Shown here: one piece after another, positions 35,105-57,594 of the stretch
How positions within the stretch are numbered: position 1 is the first letter of the stretch
How the letters are laid out: every line of letters begins with the position of its first letter
Source of the DNA: the human T2T-CHM13v2.0 reference genome, Homo sapiens
Direction: 5' to 3' (one strand)
NCBI RefSeq assembly: GCF_009914755.1
Contig: NC_060930.1
Length of the DNA stretch: 64,000 nt
Made by a program: the position numbers and the translations under genes
Notes under the pieces: generated by a model
The model's input: only the letters and a program-made list of their open reading frames with translations
What the model was told of the DNA's origin: nothing
Databases searched by the model: none

Positions 35105-35736
35105 AATGGTGTGCATCTCTTAGGGTTGTTGAGATTAAAGGAGATAATGATGGAATATATAACTGACATTATTGAGTGCTTCCTGTGTGTCAGGCACTGT
35201 TCCAGGTACTTTTCATGCCTTAGCCCAGGTATCCTCCCAGTTGCCCTGTGAGGTAGGTGCTGCTATCATCCGCGGTTAAAGATGAGGAGGCACCGTGGAA
35301 AGCTTGGGCAGATAGGCTTTCCGCAGAAGTCAGCTGCTGCAACAATTGGGAAGCTTCTCCAACGAGGCTCCTCGCAGGCTCACCTTGAGCTCTTCCTCCT
35401 TCTTGGAATCCCCTCCAAGGGTGTGCGTGCCCCAGCCCTGCCCCCAGGCAGCCACACCTCTCTGATTCTGTGAACAGACAACCTGCCCCACACTGTCCAT
35501 CACTCTGTTGCCATCCGACTCTGTGGTCTCTCTCGATCCCTCCCACGCTCTGCTGGGGCTGAACCCATGGTCAGTTCTTGTTCATCTTCTTGAATGCACC
35601 TGTCAAAGCAATGGGCATGGCATGGTGCTGGGAGGCCCATTTATTTGAGAATTTCTAGGGCTAGAATCTCCCAAAGTCCCCACTGGGCCCAGTGTATACC
35701 CTATTCTATGTGTCCATGGGCCACGCCTCATGCTAG

Positions 35737-36215
<479 letters not shown>

Positions 36216-36372
36216 CCTTTTGCCTGTTTTTTAACTGGGTTGTTTGGTATTTTGTTATTGAGTTGTAGAAGTTCTGTATATATTCTGAATATTAATCCCT
36301 CATCAGATATATGATTTGCAAGTACTTTTTCCCATGCAGCAGCCTGGTCTTGAGGAGTTTTAAAAGTGTCCT

Positions 36373-36675
36373 GGCTGGGCACAGTGGCTCACACCTGTAA
36401 TCCCAGCACTTTGGGAGGCCGAGGCAGGTGGATTGCTTGAGCCCAGGAGTTTAAGACCAGTCTGGGCAACATGGCAAAACCTTGTCTTGACTAAATACAC
36501 AAAAAAATTAGGCATGGTTGCACACACCTGTAGTCCCAAGTACTCTGGAGGCTGAGGTGGGAGGATCACCTGAGCCCGGGAAGGTCATGGCTGCAGTGAG
36601 CTGTGATTGCACCACTGCACCCCAGCCTAGGCCACAAAGCAAGACTTTGTCTCAAAAAAAAAAAAAAAAAAAAAA
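36373..36675 (+). mobile_element. AluJ
   Basis: TSD AAAAGTGTCC. Confidence 0.92.
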
Positions 36676-36684
36676 GTGTCCCAG

Positions 36685-38265
<1,581 letters not shown>

Positions 38266-39030
38266 AATTGTCAATAAGCAGCAATATTTTGAAAGGAATC
38301 TTTTTTTCTGAGCAGTAGGTCTCAACAGTAGGCTTAAAACATTCAGTAAACTGTGCCGTCAACTTGGATGTGCTGTCATCCAGGCTTCCAGGCTTTGTTG
38401 TTCCATTTACAGACGCAGGCAGAATAGATTTAGCATAATTCTCAAGGGCCTTAGAATTTCAGGAATGGTAAATGAGCACTGGCTTCAACTTAAAATCACC
38501 AGCTGCTTTAGCCCCTAACAAGAGAGTCAGCCTGTCCTTTGAAGCACTGAAGCCAGGCATTGACTTCTCTCTAGCTATGAAAGTCCAAGATGGCATCTAC
38601 TTCCAGTAGAAGACTATTTCATGGACATGGAAAAATCTGTTGTTTAGTGTAGCCACCTTCCACAGTGATCTTAGCTAGATCTGGATAACTTGCTGCAGCT
38701 TCTACATCAGCACTTGCTGTTTCAACGTGCACTTTGCTGTTATGGAAATGGCTCCTCTCCTTAAGCCTCATGAACCAACCTCTGCTAGCTTCAACCTTTT
38801 CTTCTGCAGCTTCTTCACCCCTCTCAGACTTCATAGAACTGAAAAGCATTGCAGTCTTGGATTAGGCTTTGGCTTAAGGGAATGTTGTAGCTGTTTTCAT
38901 CTTCTATTTAGACTACTAAAACCTTCTCCCTGTCAGCAATAAGGCTGTTTTGTTTTCTTATCATTTGTGTGTTCACTGGAGGAACACTTCTAATTTCCTT
39001 CAAGAACTTTTTCTTTGCATTAACACTTGG
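38266..39030 (-). mobile_element. Tigger1 transposase fragment (pseudo)
   Basis: Minus-strand ORF pieces [82 protein letters not shown] match Tigger1/TIGD1-type transposase. Confidence 0.92.
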
Positions 39031-39607
39031 CTGCACTCCAGCCTGGGTGCCTCCACTTCCCAAAGTGCTGGGATTACAGGCATGAGCCACTGAGGCTGGC
39101 CTCCAATTTTTAAAAAAATTACTTAGCGTGTATAGTTTGGTAGACAAAAATCTTTTTTCAAGACAGGGGATTCCTTGGGTGAAGAAATACCTAAAGGGTC
39201 CCATGGTGGTGAAGGGGTTAGAAATTGCTAATCTGGTCCAACCCCCTCAGTTTGAGGGGAGCAGACCTACACCCAGAGAGGGGAGGCACCTGGACCAGGC
39301 AGCCTAGCTAGGAGCAGACGAGGTCAGGGCTAGAAGCCAGGACCCGGGCTTGTTGAAGAAGCCAGTTCTGGGCAGGTTTCTTGGGTCCCAATGTGTGCAT
39401 GTCTGCCCCAAGCTGTCAGCTCCCCCAGGATGGTGACAGTGTCTTTAGCATTTTTTTTGATCAGTGACCAGAACAGGTGGGGAGGTTTAAAAGTCTCTTT
39501 GATGGTGGCGTGATAAGATAGGACCTGTTCTCAAGGTGTAGTCAATAGAACACCAATATCAGCATGGGGAACTTTCAGAAAGGTAGGTTATTAAAAAATG
39601 CTAATTT

Positions 39608-39928
<321 letters not shown>

Positions 39929-39944
39929 CTACAAACTTGCTGGG

Positions 39945-40781
<837 letters not shown>

Positions 40782-40916
40782 CCCCTGCTGAATCAGAATC
40801 TCTGTGGCTGTGGCCTGAATCTCCATTTTGTACAAACCTCCCGTTGGTCCCGATGCTTACTAAAGTCTGAAGACCCCTGGAAGGGGCACTGCATTTGGAA
40901 TCCAAAAGCTTGATTC

Positions 40917-41160
40917 AGGCCAGGCACAGGGCAACATAGTGAGACACTATCACTACAAAAAAACAAACCCAAAAATTAGCCCGGCATGGTGGCCTGCACC
41001 TGTAGTCCCAGCTACTCTGGAGGCTGTCCGTAGGAGGATTGCCTGAGGCCAGGAGTTTAAGGCTGCAGTGAGCTATGATTGTGCCACTGCACTCCAGCCT
41101 CAGCATCAGAGCGAGATCCTGTCAAAAAAAAAAAAAAGAAAAAGAAAAAGAAAAAAAAAG
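40917..41160 (+). mobile_element. AluJ with internal left-arm deletion
   Basis: GGCCAGGCAC joined directly to GGGCAACATAGTGAGAC; TSD AAAAGC(T/C)TGATT. Confidence 0.85.
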
Positions 41161-41589
41161 CCTGATTGAAATTCCCAGGAGCTATGTGACTTTGGACAAT
41201 TCCTTAGCATCTTTCATACTCCAATGCTTTGTGTGAGATGAGTAAAGACTCCAGAGAGCAATGGGGAGGAAAGTGCTTTGTGAATCGGAAACACCAGATG
41301 GAAGTCAGAGTGAGTATCGTCAGCACCGTTAGCCACACTGGAGCATGCATTGAACACTGCTGCATGCCCAGCCTGGTGCAGGCTGCTATGTTGGACTGTG
41401 GTTGCGAGTACCCTTGCCCTATTTAATTCCCCTCAGGTACCAGAGGTGAGAATGTGGGCTAGGGGTGCTCACAGAAGTCACTCAGTCCACCTTACAGCAA
41501 GCCCTGTGGTTCCATCTCCGGAGGGTGCCCTGAATCGACCCTTTGCCACTGTACTATCATTGCTCTCACGGACTGTTGCAACAGCCTCT

Positions 41590-48030
<6,441 letters not shown>

Positions 48031-48039
48031 CACGGCTGT

Positions 48040-49030
<991 letters not shown>

Positions 49031-49881
49031 ATGAAGAAACTAGCATGGGATTTAGTCAGACACCTCAGTATTGACACCAGCTTCATTTTGCAGCTGTGTA
49101 TTACAGTATGGGGCGAGCCCCTTAACCTAGGAGTCTCACACTCTGATCACCTGGGATCCTGTGAAAATGCAGATTCTGATGTGGGAAGTCTGGGGTGGGA
49201 CCTGAAATGCCACATTTCTGACCAGCTTCCAGGTGGTGCCCAGGCTGCTGGGCCTTGGATAGCGAGGCCTTAACTGCCCAGAGCCTCAGTTTCCACACCT
49301 GTATAATGGCTCTTTATGAAAAAACACTGGATACGGTATAAAGCACCATGCACAGTGCCTAGATGTAGCAGGGACTCAGTGATTGTAATATTTGTTGCTC
49401 CTCCTCCGGGTGCCTGCCAGGGCCACTGGACATTTTCTCCCCCCGATCTTCCCCCTCCCAAGTACCCACCCCACATGCTTAGCCACCTACACAGAATCCC
49501 ACTAAAGCCTTTCCATTTTCTTTCTCTAGAGCTGGCCAGCCCTGCCTGTTGTGGGCTGGGGTTGGGGAGGATTCTGGCATTTTGACAGTCATGGGAATAT
49601 TATGCAGATGAGATGCAAAGCAGCAGCTAATGAGCACTGATTGCATTTTCCCTGGCTCTGGGGAACACGTGGGATAACTGCTGAGCTGGGGAGAGGGGGC
49701 AATGAATGCTGTTGGGGAGCTGGATAAGGAGGCAAGGAGGGGGCTGACAGAAGGAGTAGGCATCTCCTAGGGGCATGAGGGCCACTGCCCTGTGGTGTGG
49801 GCCAGACACCCTCCTCTGATCTCACCTGTGGGACAGGAACATGGCTAAGGTCCAGGAACAGGAGCTGAGGTTGGGCATGGA

Positions 49882-49942
49882 GTGTGTGTGTGTGTATGCG
49901 TATGTGCATGTGTGTGTGTATGTGTGTGCCTGTGTGTGTGTG
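49882..49942. repeat. Imperfect (TG)n
   Basis: Read directly. Confidence 0.9.
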
Positions 49943-52459
49943 TACATGATGTAGGGGGTGTCCCTGTGCCAGCGTGGGACCTGCAAGTGGGAGAGTAGAG
50001 GGCCTTCATTCCCAGCAGCAGTTGGGGCCAGATTAGGCTGACAGTGGGGGTGGGCTGAGGGTGGATGCTCTCTGTGCTGGGGAAGGAGGGGGAGACAGAA
50101 GGGGTCAGCTTCTTCCACAGGGCCTGTCTGGAATCCATTGAGTGTGGGAGGACAGGACGTGGGGTCTGCCTGGCAGCAGATGGGGCTGGATCAGGCTGAC
50201 GGAGGGGTGGGTGGGAGGGCAGCTGTCTTTGGTATCCTTGGATGGAGCCCGGCTCTTTAAGAGAAAGATGATCCAGGGCTGGGGGCCGGCAGGTGGGCAG
50301 GGGGCTCTGCTTACAGCACCTGGGAACTCAATCCCTCCCTGTCCCCCAGCTGAGGCCTCCTCACTCTCTAGGAAGCCTCTGCTCTTGGGCGCCGGGAGTC
50401 CCCACCCTCCTGGCCTAGGCCTTGACCTGAACTCCCTGCCAAGGACCTCCAGGCCTGGGAATGGCTGACATCAGGCTTCTGGCCCAAGGAAGGCAAGGCT
50501 GGAAGTCACTTCTGAGGTTGATTGTGGGGTCCTCGTGCCCACCACTTGACTGGGACTTTGAGTACTTACGATCTCATCCTGCCTTTGATCTAAGGATAGA
50601 AGCGAACTTGACTATGAAACTTTTAGAAACTGGGTGGCTGGTGCCGTGTTTCCCAATCAGATCTTTCTTAATGGAATCAATGTGAGGCACTGGAAAAGGC
50701 TTGGCAGACCGAGGGCTCGAATCCCAGCCTATCCACTGGCTGCCTTTGTCATTGTGGACAAACTGCTCCATCTCTCAGAGCCTATTTCCTAATCAGTCCA
50801 GTAGCCTCACCATGCAAGGCCCTGTGACAGCCAAAGACTGCAGGAGAGCCCTTGAGACAGGCCTGGGCTTTCCGAGAACCCACTAGCTCATCATCTCCTC
50901 AAGGGCAGGGACTCTGTTTTGCCCACAGCTGTATCTCAGTGTCTAGAACCATCTCTGACCCATGGTAGGTGCCTAGTCAGTGTCTGTTGAATGGATGAAA
51001 TGCCCCATTTCTGCATCTCAAGATGATTTTTCTCTTATCTCTTGGCATCTCTAATACTGGAATGCTTCATGCAGCTATGTTTGAGTTTCACTGGCAGCAG
51101 CCTTGTGATTGAGAGGGGTCTTGGAAGTGATGAATACGGAAGAGCTATCATTATTACAAGAGGGCCTTTTGCTTAATTTGTGGTGGCTTCTGGTTCCTTT
51201 CTGTTGTATCTTCCCTCTCTGGGGAGTGTGGGGTCCCTGAGAATTACCCTGGGGCACAGGGGCTGCAGTGACCCTTGCCCGAGGCCCTGCAGTGGTGCTG
51301 GGCTGGGAATAGCATGTCCTGTGGGGCATGCTGTGTGTCCTGGGCCCCAGTCCCCACTCTGGTCTCCTGCCACCCACCACCCACACTGTCCCTCCTGGGG
51401 GTGGCAGAAGTCTAGAAGCCTGTGTGAAGCTTGGAATTCTCCTCTCTGGGAGAGTCATTTTACTGTGCCCTGTCATAACTCCAAGTACCGATGCTAGAGG
51501 GGTGAGTAGGGATATGTGTGAGCCCCCTAGGCTGAGGGGGCTCTAGGGGGGATCTAGTGTGGTTTTCCAGAATGAGAGTGAGGGAGGGTGGGCCCTGTCT
51601 CCAACCCCACCCCATCCCCCTTCAGCAGCAGAGCTGAGACACTGCTGAGATCAGATTAGTGCCTGATCCCCAGGTGGGGCGGAGCAGACAGGCAAATCCT
51701 CCCCTGGGAGGCCACTCATTATTCAGCCCCTTGATCCTGACACTTCTACTCCCATCCCTGAACCCTGCTCATGAGGCTAGCACCAGGGCTTGTGTGTGCC
51801 GCACTGAGTTTGTGTAGGAAGGGCTTGTGTGTTACAGGTTCTGAATCCATGTAGATGTGTGTGCACGTGTCTTAAAGATGTGCGTATGCTGATATTAGTG
51901 TCACAGTTACGTGTGTGTGTGTTATAGGTGCACTGTAGGAAGATACACAGACTTGTGGAAATGCATGTGTGCAAATATATGTAATGGGCGTTTGTATCTG
52001 TAAGTGTGTTGTTGGGGTGCACATGTCCTGGACACACGAGTGCTTAGGGCCACCCATGTGTGCGCTTGAGTGGTGTGTGGCAGCCATGGCCTGTGGGAGA
52101 AGTGTCGGAACTGGCATCACAAGGTCTCGGTGCCGACAGCTAGCCCAGGAACCTTGGACTCTCCAATTCTTTTACAGCTGTGGCCCTCAGCTTCCAATCT
52201 GTCAAATGGGTATGAAGCCTTATGGCACGAGGTTGTGCATGAGCATCTCTCACACTCAGCCTGGCCTAGAAAAAACTCAAAATTTTGAATTTTCATCAAA
52301 TGAGAGAATAAATGATTAAACAAATAGAAATGCTTCACCCAGCAGCAAGCGCTTAGATTTTAAGGACCTAAGCAAAGTGCATGGAAAGGTGCAGCTGTCT
52401 GGAAGGACGATTGGGAGGTGGGATCTTGGGGAGAAAGGGAAGAAAGGGGATGGAGCAGG

Positions 52460-52720
52460 GCTTCCCAGTCGAGGGCGGCGGCCGAGCCTGTGTCCCCACC
52501 AGCGTCTCTGTGGCCGTGAAGTGTATGCATGCGTGCCCATGTTGATGCGGCGCCGTGCGGGAGGCGGGCATCCCCTGCTGTACATGGGAGGGAGGCTGTC
52601 TGTGCAGAGCATTGCCCAGTTGCCATAGAAACGAGCAGAAGGAGGTGGGTGGCTGGAGAAGGAGGCGGGTCGGGATCGGGGAGTGGGGAGGAGGCAGCGG
52701 TGGAGGGAGCTGGCTCCTGC
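52460..52720 (+). promoter_or_regulatory. PACSIN1: Alternative promoter with RFX X-box GTTGCCATAGAAAC (52619-52632)
   Basis: Local CpG cluster, GC boxes, near-consensus X-box. Confidence 0.7.
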
Positions 52721-52873
52721 AGTTCTGGCGCTGCTGCCTTCCTGAGTGAGCGGTGGAGGGAACCCTAGAGGACAGAGCCCCCAGCCCGGCAGCAGGCCCC
52801 CTCTCCGCCCGCCACCACGGAGGAGAAGGAGGACAGCCAGCCCCTCCAGCCCTGGCCTGGCCCAGCGGGGGCA
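52718..52873 (+). other. PACSIN1: Alternative non-coding first exon (1b); donor GCA|GTAAGC at 52874, alternative CAG|GTAGGC at 52918
   Basis: Donors seen in sequence; position matches recalled second PACSIN1 transcript start; exact ends uncertain. Confidence 0.62.
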
Positions 52874-54919
52874 GTAAGCTCCTACTTGCCCCCAGCTTGG
52901 TGCCCACACGGGCCCAGGTAGGCATTTCGATGGCTGGAAGAGGCTGTGTGGAGAGTGGGGAACGGGGCTGCCCTGCCTTCCTACCAGCGGCACCTGATAG
53001 GAGCCAAACAGGCCAGCTGGAGGGGCCGGGCCAGGGACCAGGCTGGGGAGCGGGGTGTGGGGCGCAGCCAGCATCCTGAGAGGTCTTGTCAGAACCGTCA
53101 GAACCTTGATCCTCCTCATCAGGGGGACTGTCCCTGTTGCCTTTCCTCCTCTGTACCTCTTGTCTCCACCACTGCCACAGGTCCTGACTTTGTAGCCATG
53201 CCCCCTCCTTGGGGCAGCAGGCCGAGGGAGGCTGGAGCCTCCAGGGACCCACAGTCTGAAGCTAGACAGGGTATGCGGCAGAGGGCAGGGAGGAGTAAGG
53301 ATGCCCCTGCCCCACTCAAGGCACTGCTAGGCTCTGGCCATTTGGGATAAGCAGACTCTCCTCCCACCCCCGATGACACCAGAGCCTCCCTGCTGGCCCT
53401 GGATGGTCTCAGGCACTGGGCTTAGAGCCCCCTGGTCAGGTCAGAGGCATCTACCTCCTGCCCCAACCTCAGGCCCTTCCCCTTCCTCGTTCTCCCTGGA
53501 GACTTAGTGAACTGTCCCCAATCCCAGATCTCCCAAAGGACCCCCATGCCCATCCCCAGCAAGCCCAGGGTCTCCAAGTTGGGGTACCAGGGAGCAGGCC
53601 TCTGATGGGGTGGGAGTGCCTGTGGCCCTCCCTCCTGCGCTCCCTGTCCCTCTGCTGCATTGCTCCTGGGGACAGACTCGCTGCTGCTGGGGGAGCTCTT
53701 GGGCACTGCCACTGCGGAGGAGCCTCTGCCAGCTGCTCAGGAGGGGGCAGGGTGGGGTGCAGGGGAGGAGCTGGGCCCTCTGCCCCAACTCTGGGCAGGG
53801 AGGGGGCTGGAGGGGGCCCACAGGAGTTCACGGTGGCGCACACCTGGTCCAGTTTTGCCCTGAATGGAGCTGAGCCACCTTGGGTGGCATAGGGAGGAGA
53901 TGCTAGCCTGCAAGGGGCAGAAGGTTGATGTGTGCAACTATGGGCGTGCTTAAGGTCCTGCCCTTCTCCACCTGCTTTCTCTCCCGCACCCCCTGAGAGC
54001 CCAGCTGGGTCTTTCACTGGACCACAGTGTGGGGTGTCCCCTTCCCATGGGCACTCGGGTCAGAGGGCCTGGTGCAGGGGCTGAGGAGGGGTCACATGAT
54101 GGGTAGGGGCATACACGCTGAGAAGCTGGCGTGGCTCTGCTCATTTCTGCAAACGTTAGACGCACATTCACAGAGTGCTGGACTCAGGGGCTCCCACTTT
54201 GGGATCAAGGGCCTAGGAGGGAGAAGGGCAGGTCTCGGGGATGGCAGAAACGGGATGCAGATTCGCCTGTGCGCACTGACACTGCCTGCCCCTGCTCCTC
54301 CGAACCCCGCACTCTCCTCCTTCCTGACCAGGGTGGGAGCTGATATCTGCCCTGCCTCACCTCCTGCAGCCAGGCCTGCTGGCCTCAGTTGCCCGTCAGC
54401 GGCCGCCCCCACCTCCACTGGAGCAGGGGCTGGTGAGGCCTGGAGGGCAGGTTCTTTGGGTGAGAGCTGAAGGAACGTCTGTCCACTCAGCAGGCCCTCC
54501 AGGCCTGGCCCCGACCTCCAGCCCCTGGCCTGCCTCCTCTAGGCCCGGGCCCCTCCCTGTCAGGTTGCTGCTTCACAGGTTGGCTCGGGGCTGCCAGGAT
54601 GGGCTTCTGGGACACATTTCCCTGGCCCAATTCATTGCACACAACGTGCCCACAGCCCAGGGCACCTGCCTGGAAGCCGGATTGAGACTTGACCTCCCCT
54701 GGCAGACCTTCTCATGTGAAAGGGAGCTTGAGGGAGGCCCCAGGAGCACTGAGAGGCCTGGAGCTCAGCAGGGGCTGGGGCCTGGGACACAGGAACAATC
54801 TGGCTCCCGGCTGGCCCCTCCTCACTGCCCTTGACCCCCGTGCAGGAGCTGGCAAGGGTGAGGAGGTATCTCCAGCTGGCTGTCCATGGGCATCTCAGGG
54901 CTCCAGAACTGAGCTCCCA

Positions 54920-55750
54920 TCCCCCCAACGCCGTTCCTCCCTCGGTATCCCCAGCTCAGCAAACAGCAGCTCTGTCTGCCAGCTGCTCTGGCAGGAGCCA
55001 TCCTTGACTTCTCATCTCACCGCCACATCCAAACCATCGGCAGATCCTGTTGGCTGGAATGCCACAGCACTTCCAGACTCCAGCCTCTTCCCGCTCCTTC
55101 TAACATTACCTCCTCATTCTGAGCCCCCATCTTCCCTCACCTGGGGGACTGCAGCCACCTCCTAGAGCTTCCCTGCCCACTCTGCCCCACCGTGGTCTGC
55201 TCTTCCCCCAGCAGCCACAGATCCTTTAAAACAGAAGCCAGATCACATCCCACCTCTTCCCAAACCCTGCAATGGCTCCCATCTCACTCAGAAAAAGCTA
55301 AAGGCCTCCCTCTGACCTACAAGGCCCTCCCCAGTTCCCTCCCCCAACCTCTCCAGCCTCACCCCTCCCCTTCCCTCATCTGCGCAGGCCACATGACCCC
55401 CTTGCTCCTCAAGCCTGGCAGCCGGCTTCTGCCCCAGGGCCTTTGCATGGGCTGTTCAGGCTGCCTGAGTGCTCTGCCTGGCTCCCTCTCCACCTTCCTC
55501 AGGCCTTTGCTCCAAGGCCACCTGCTCAGAATGACCTTCTCTGACCATCCTCCATAAAAAAGCACAACTCCTCGCCCCCATCTTCCCTCCCTGTCCCCTC
55601 CCCTGCCTTGCTTTCCTTTACAGCCCTTATCACCTTCTAACATCCTTGATTACCACTTATTTATCTCGTTTCTTGCCTGCTCAGCCTCTCTAGAATGTCA
55701 GCCCCACAAGGGAGGGGGTTTTCTGTCTTGTTCACTGCTGTAGCCCAGCT
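54920..55750. mobile_element. L2a 3' fragment
   Basis: CAGATCACATCCC..CAGGGCCTTTGCATGG..TAGAATGTCAGCCCC..TCTTGTTCACTGCTG. Confidence 0.8.
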
Positions 55751-56319
55751 CTGCACCCTGAGAATCAGGGCTGCAGTGTAAAGCCAGGAGTGTCTCCCTC
55801 GGGGGCTGGCTCAGCATCTGTGCTGTCGTGGGGGCCTATGATTCTGTCCTCACAGGGGAAGATGATGCCCACCTACCTGAGCCATTGCCTCAGGGACATT
55901 GGGTTGGACAGGACACTGGGCCTGCACTGGGTCCACACATCTTCCTTTTCTCCAATCCAGCTGTGACCAGAGCTGCTCTGCCCGGCCAGGCCCCGGAAGA
56001 GGGCAAGCTGCATGCATCCCACCCCAAGCCACTGAAGCGGGAGGGCCACGGCCCCTTCTTCCTGGTCAGAACTCATCCTTGAGTTCCCTGTGTTGCAAAA
56101 ACGTGCTGCGCACTCCCACCAGGAGTGTTGCCCACAGAGGAGGCAGCCTGGCCCCTGCTCTCCAGGTGGCCACAGAGGCAGTGGGCTCAGGACAGACAGA
56201 CGGACCCCTGCAGAGTGGCCAAGTGTGTGCTGACTGGTGTTGAGAAAAGAGATGCCCCAGAGCAGACAGGAGGGGGCCCTGCCTTCCCAACAAGCTCCTG
56301 TCTCTGCCTCCCCATCTGT

Positions 56320-56630
56320 GGGCATCTCACTTTGGGCTCCCCGAGAAGCCAACCCCAAGACAAGGATATGATTCATTTAGGAGGTGGCCCACAGAAACAC
56401 TGAGGGTGGGAAAATGACACAGGGAGACAAAAAAGGGTGCTTTACCAAGCAAGTTACCACTGCGGGCAATTCAGCTCACTCCCGCTGGAGAGCTCTGGGA
56501 GGGGTTTTGAACACACCTTTGACTCAGTCCAGGAGGGCAGGGGAGCTGGGGTATGTAAACGCCACCTTCCAGTGGCTCTCCACCACCCTTTGCCCTGTCC
56601 CTCACGCTGGCTGAATTTTCTCTGAACTGT
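56320..56630. mobile_element. Solo ERVL LTR (LTR33/LTR41-like)
   Basis: CCAAGACAAGGAT..TTTAGGAGGT..AAGCAAGTTACCACTG pattern. Confidence 0.55.
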
Positions 56631-57537
56631 TGTCACCACCTAATGTGGTGATATTTATTGTATTTTCTTCTTGGCTTTTTGCCCATGCTGGAATGTAAGC
56701 TCCATGAGGGAAGGGCTGGTCTTACTCCCTGATGAGCCTGCCCCACCTGAAACAGGCTTAGAGGCCCTCTAAAGATGTGGGCTGTGCAAAATGGTGTCTT
56801 GTCTACTTGGCTTGAGAGCAGGGGAGGGATGTGGGCCTTTTGGGGTGATTTTCTGGAGGAGAGAGAGAGGGTCTGGGCTCTTAAGAGGGTGGCCGGAGGA
56901 GGAAGGGAGAGCACAGGGGTGGTGAAGGGTGAAAGGTCAGACCAGGAGTGGGCTAGGGAGGAGGAGGGGCCAGCCACAGAGGCTGGGGTGCCTGAGGCTG
57001 TGTCTGAGGCTCGCCTGTTCTCACAGGTGGGCCACCAAGGGGTGCCTTGGGCCCCTTCCTAGCTGGGATGAGCCCAGCTGGTCCCCTCTGCCCTGGGCCT
57101 CTCTGGGGCCCTCCAGCCTTGAGTAAGGTTTGAGCTCTGCCTCCCTGAGTCTCCCCATTTGTGTTTCCATCCTCCTCCTTCCTCCTCAACTTGGGATCAT
57201 CATTTCTAATGAGCAGGCTCCCTGGGGGCTGCCTGGAACACCCCAGGTTAGAGGGGATGGAGGTCCAGGGGACTGGTTTTCAGACCCAAAGAGAAAGCAA
57301 GAGGAAGCCAGGCCTGAGATCTTCCTTTCATGGGGGACCTGGAGACCTGAAGGTCCCAGGTGAGGCCCAACAGTCCTGGAAGGGCTCTGGGGGTATTAGC
57401 TGAGGAGGGGAGAAGGGGAGCCAGGTGATCCAGAGAGATGAGGCTCCTGTCATGAAGGCTCTGTAGCTGTTAACACCCATAATACTGCAGGTGAACTCTG
57501 GGCCTTCTGTGCACTGGGCACTCATTTCCTCCTACAC

Positions 57538-57594
57538 CCCATGGGGGTAGGTGCTATCATGGGGGTAGGTGCTATCCCATGGGGTAGGTGCTAT
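57538..57594. repeat. ~18-19 bp tandem repeat x3 (ATGGGGGTAGGTGCTATC) inside MIR
   Basis: Read directly. Confidence 0.92.

Noticed and set aside
51790-52080. TG-rich degenerate tract giving His/Thr-rich ORFs
   Set aside because: Decayed (TG)n low-complexity sequence
52316-53252. Long minus-strand ORFs (267 aa, 294 aa)
   Set aside because: Overlapping, low-complexity Pro/Gly/Arg-rich ORFs over a GC-rich promoter with no recognisable domain; expected by chance
57538-57594. CRISPR-like or other spaced-repeat array
   Set aside because: Direct tandem units with no spacers in primate DNA; no prokaryotic-type systems anywhere in the window
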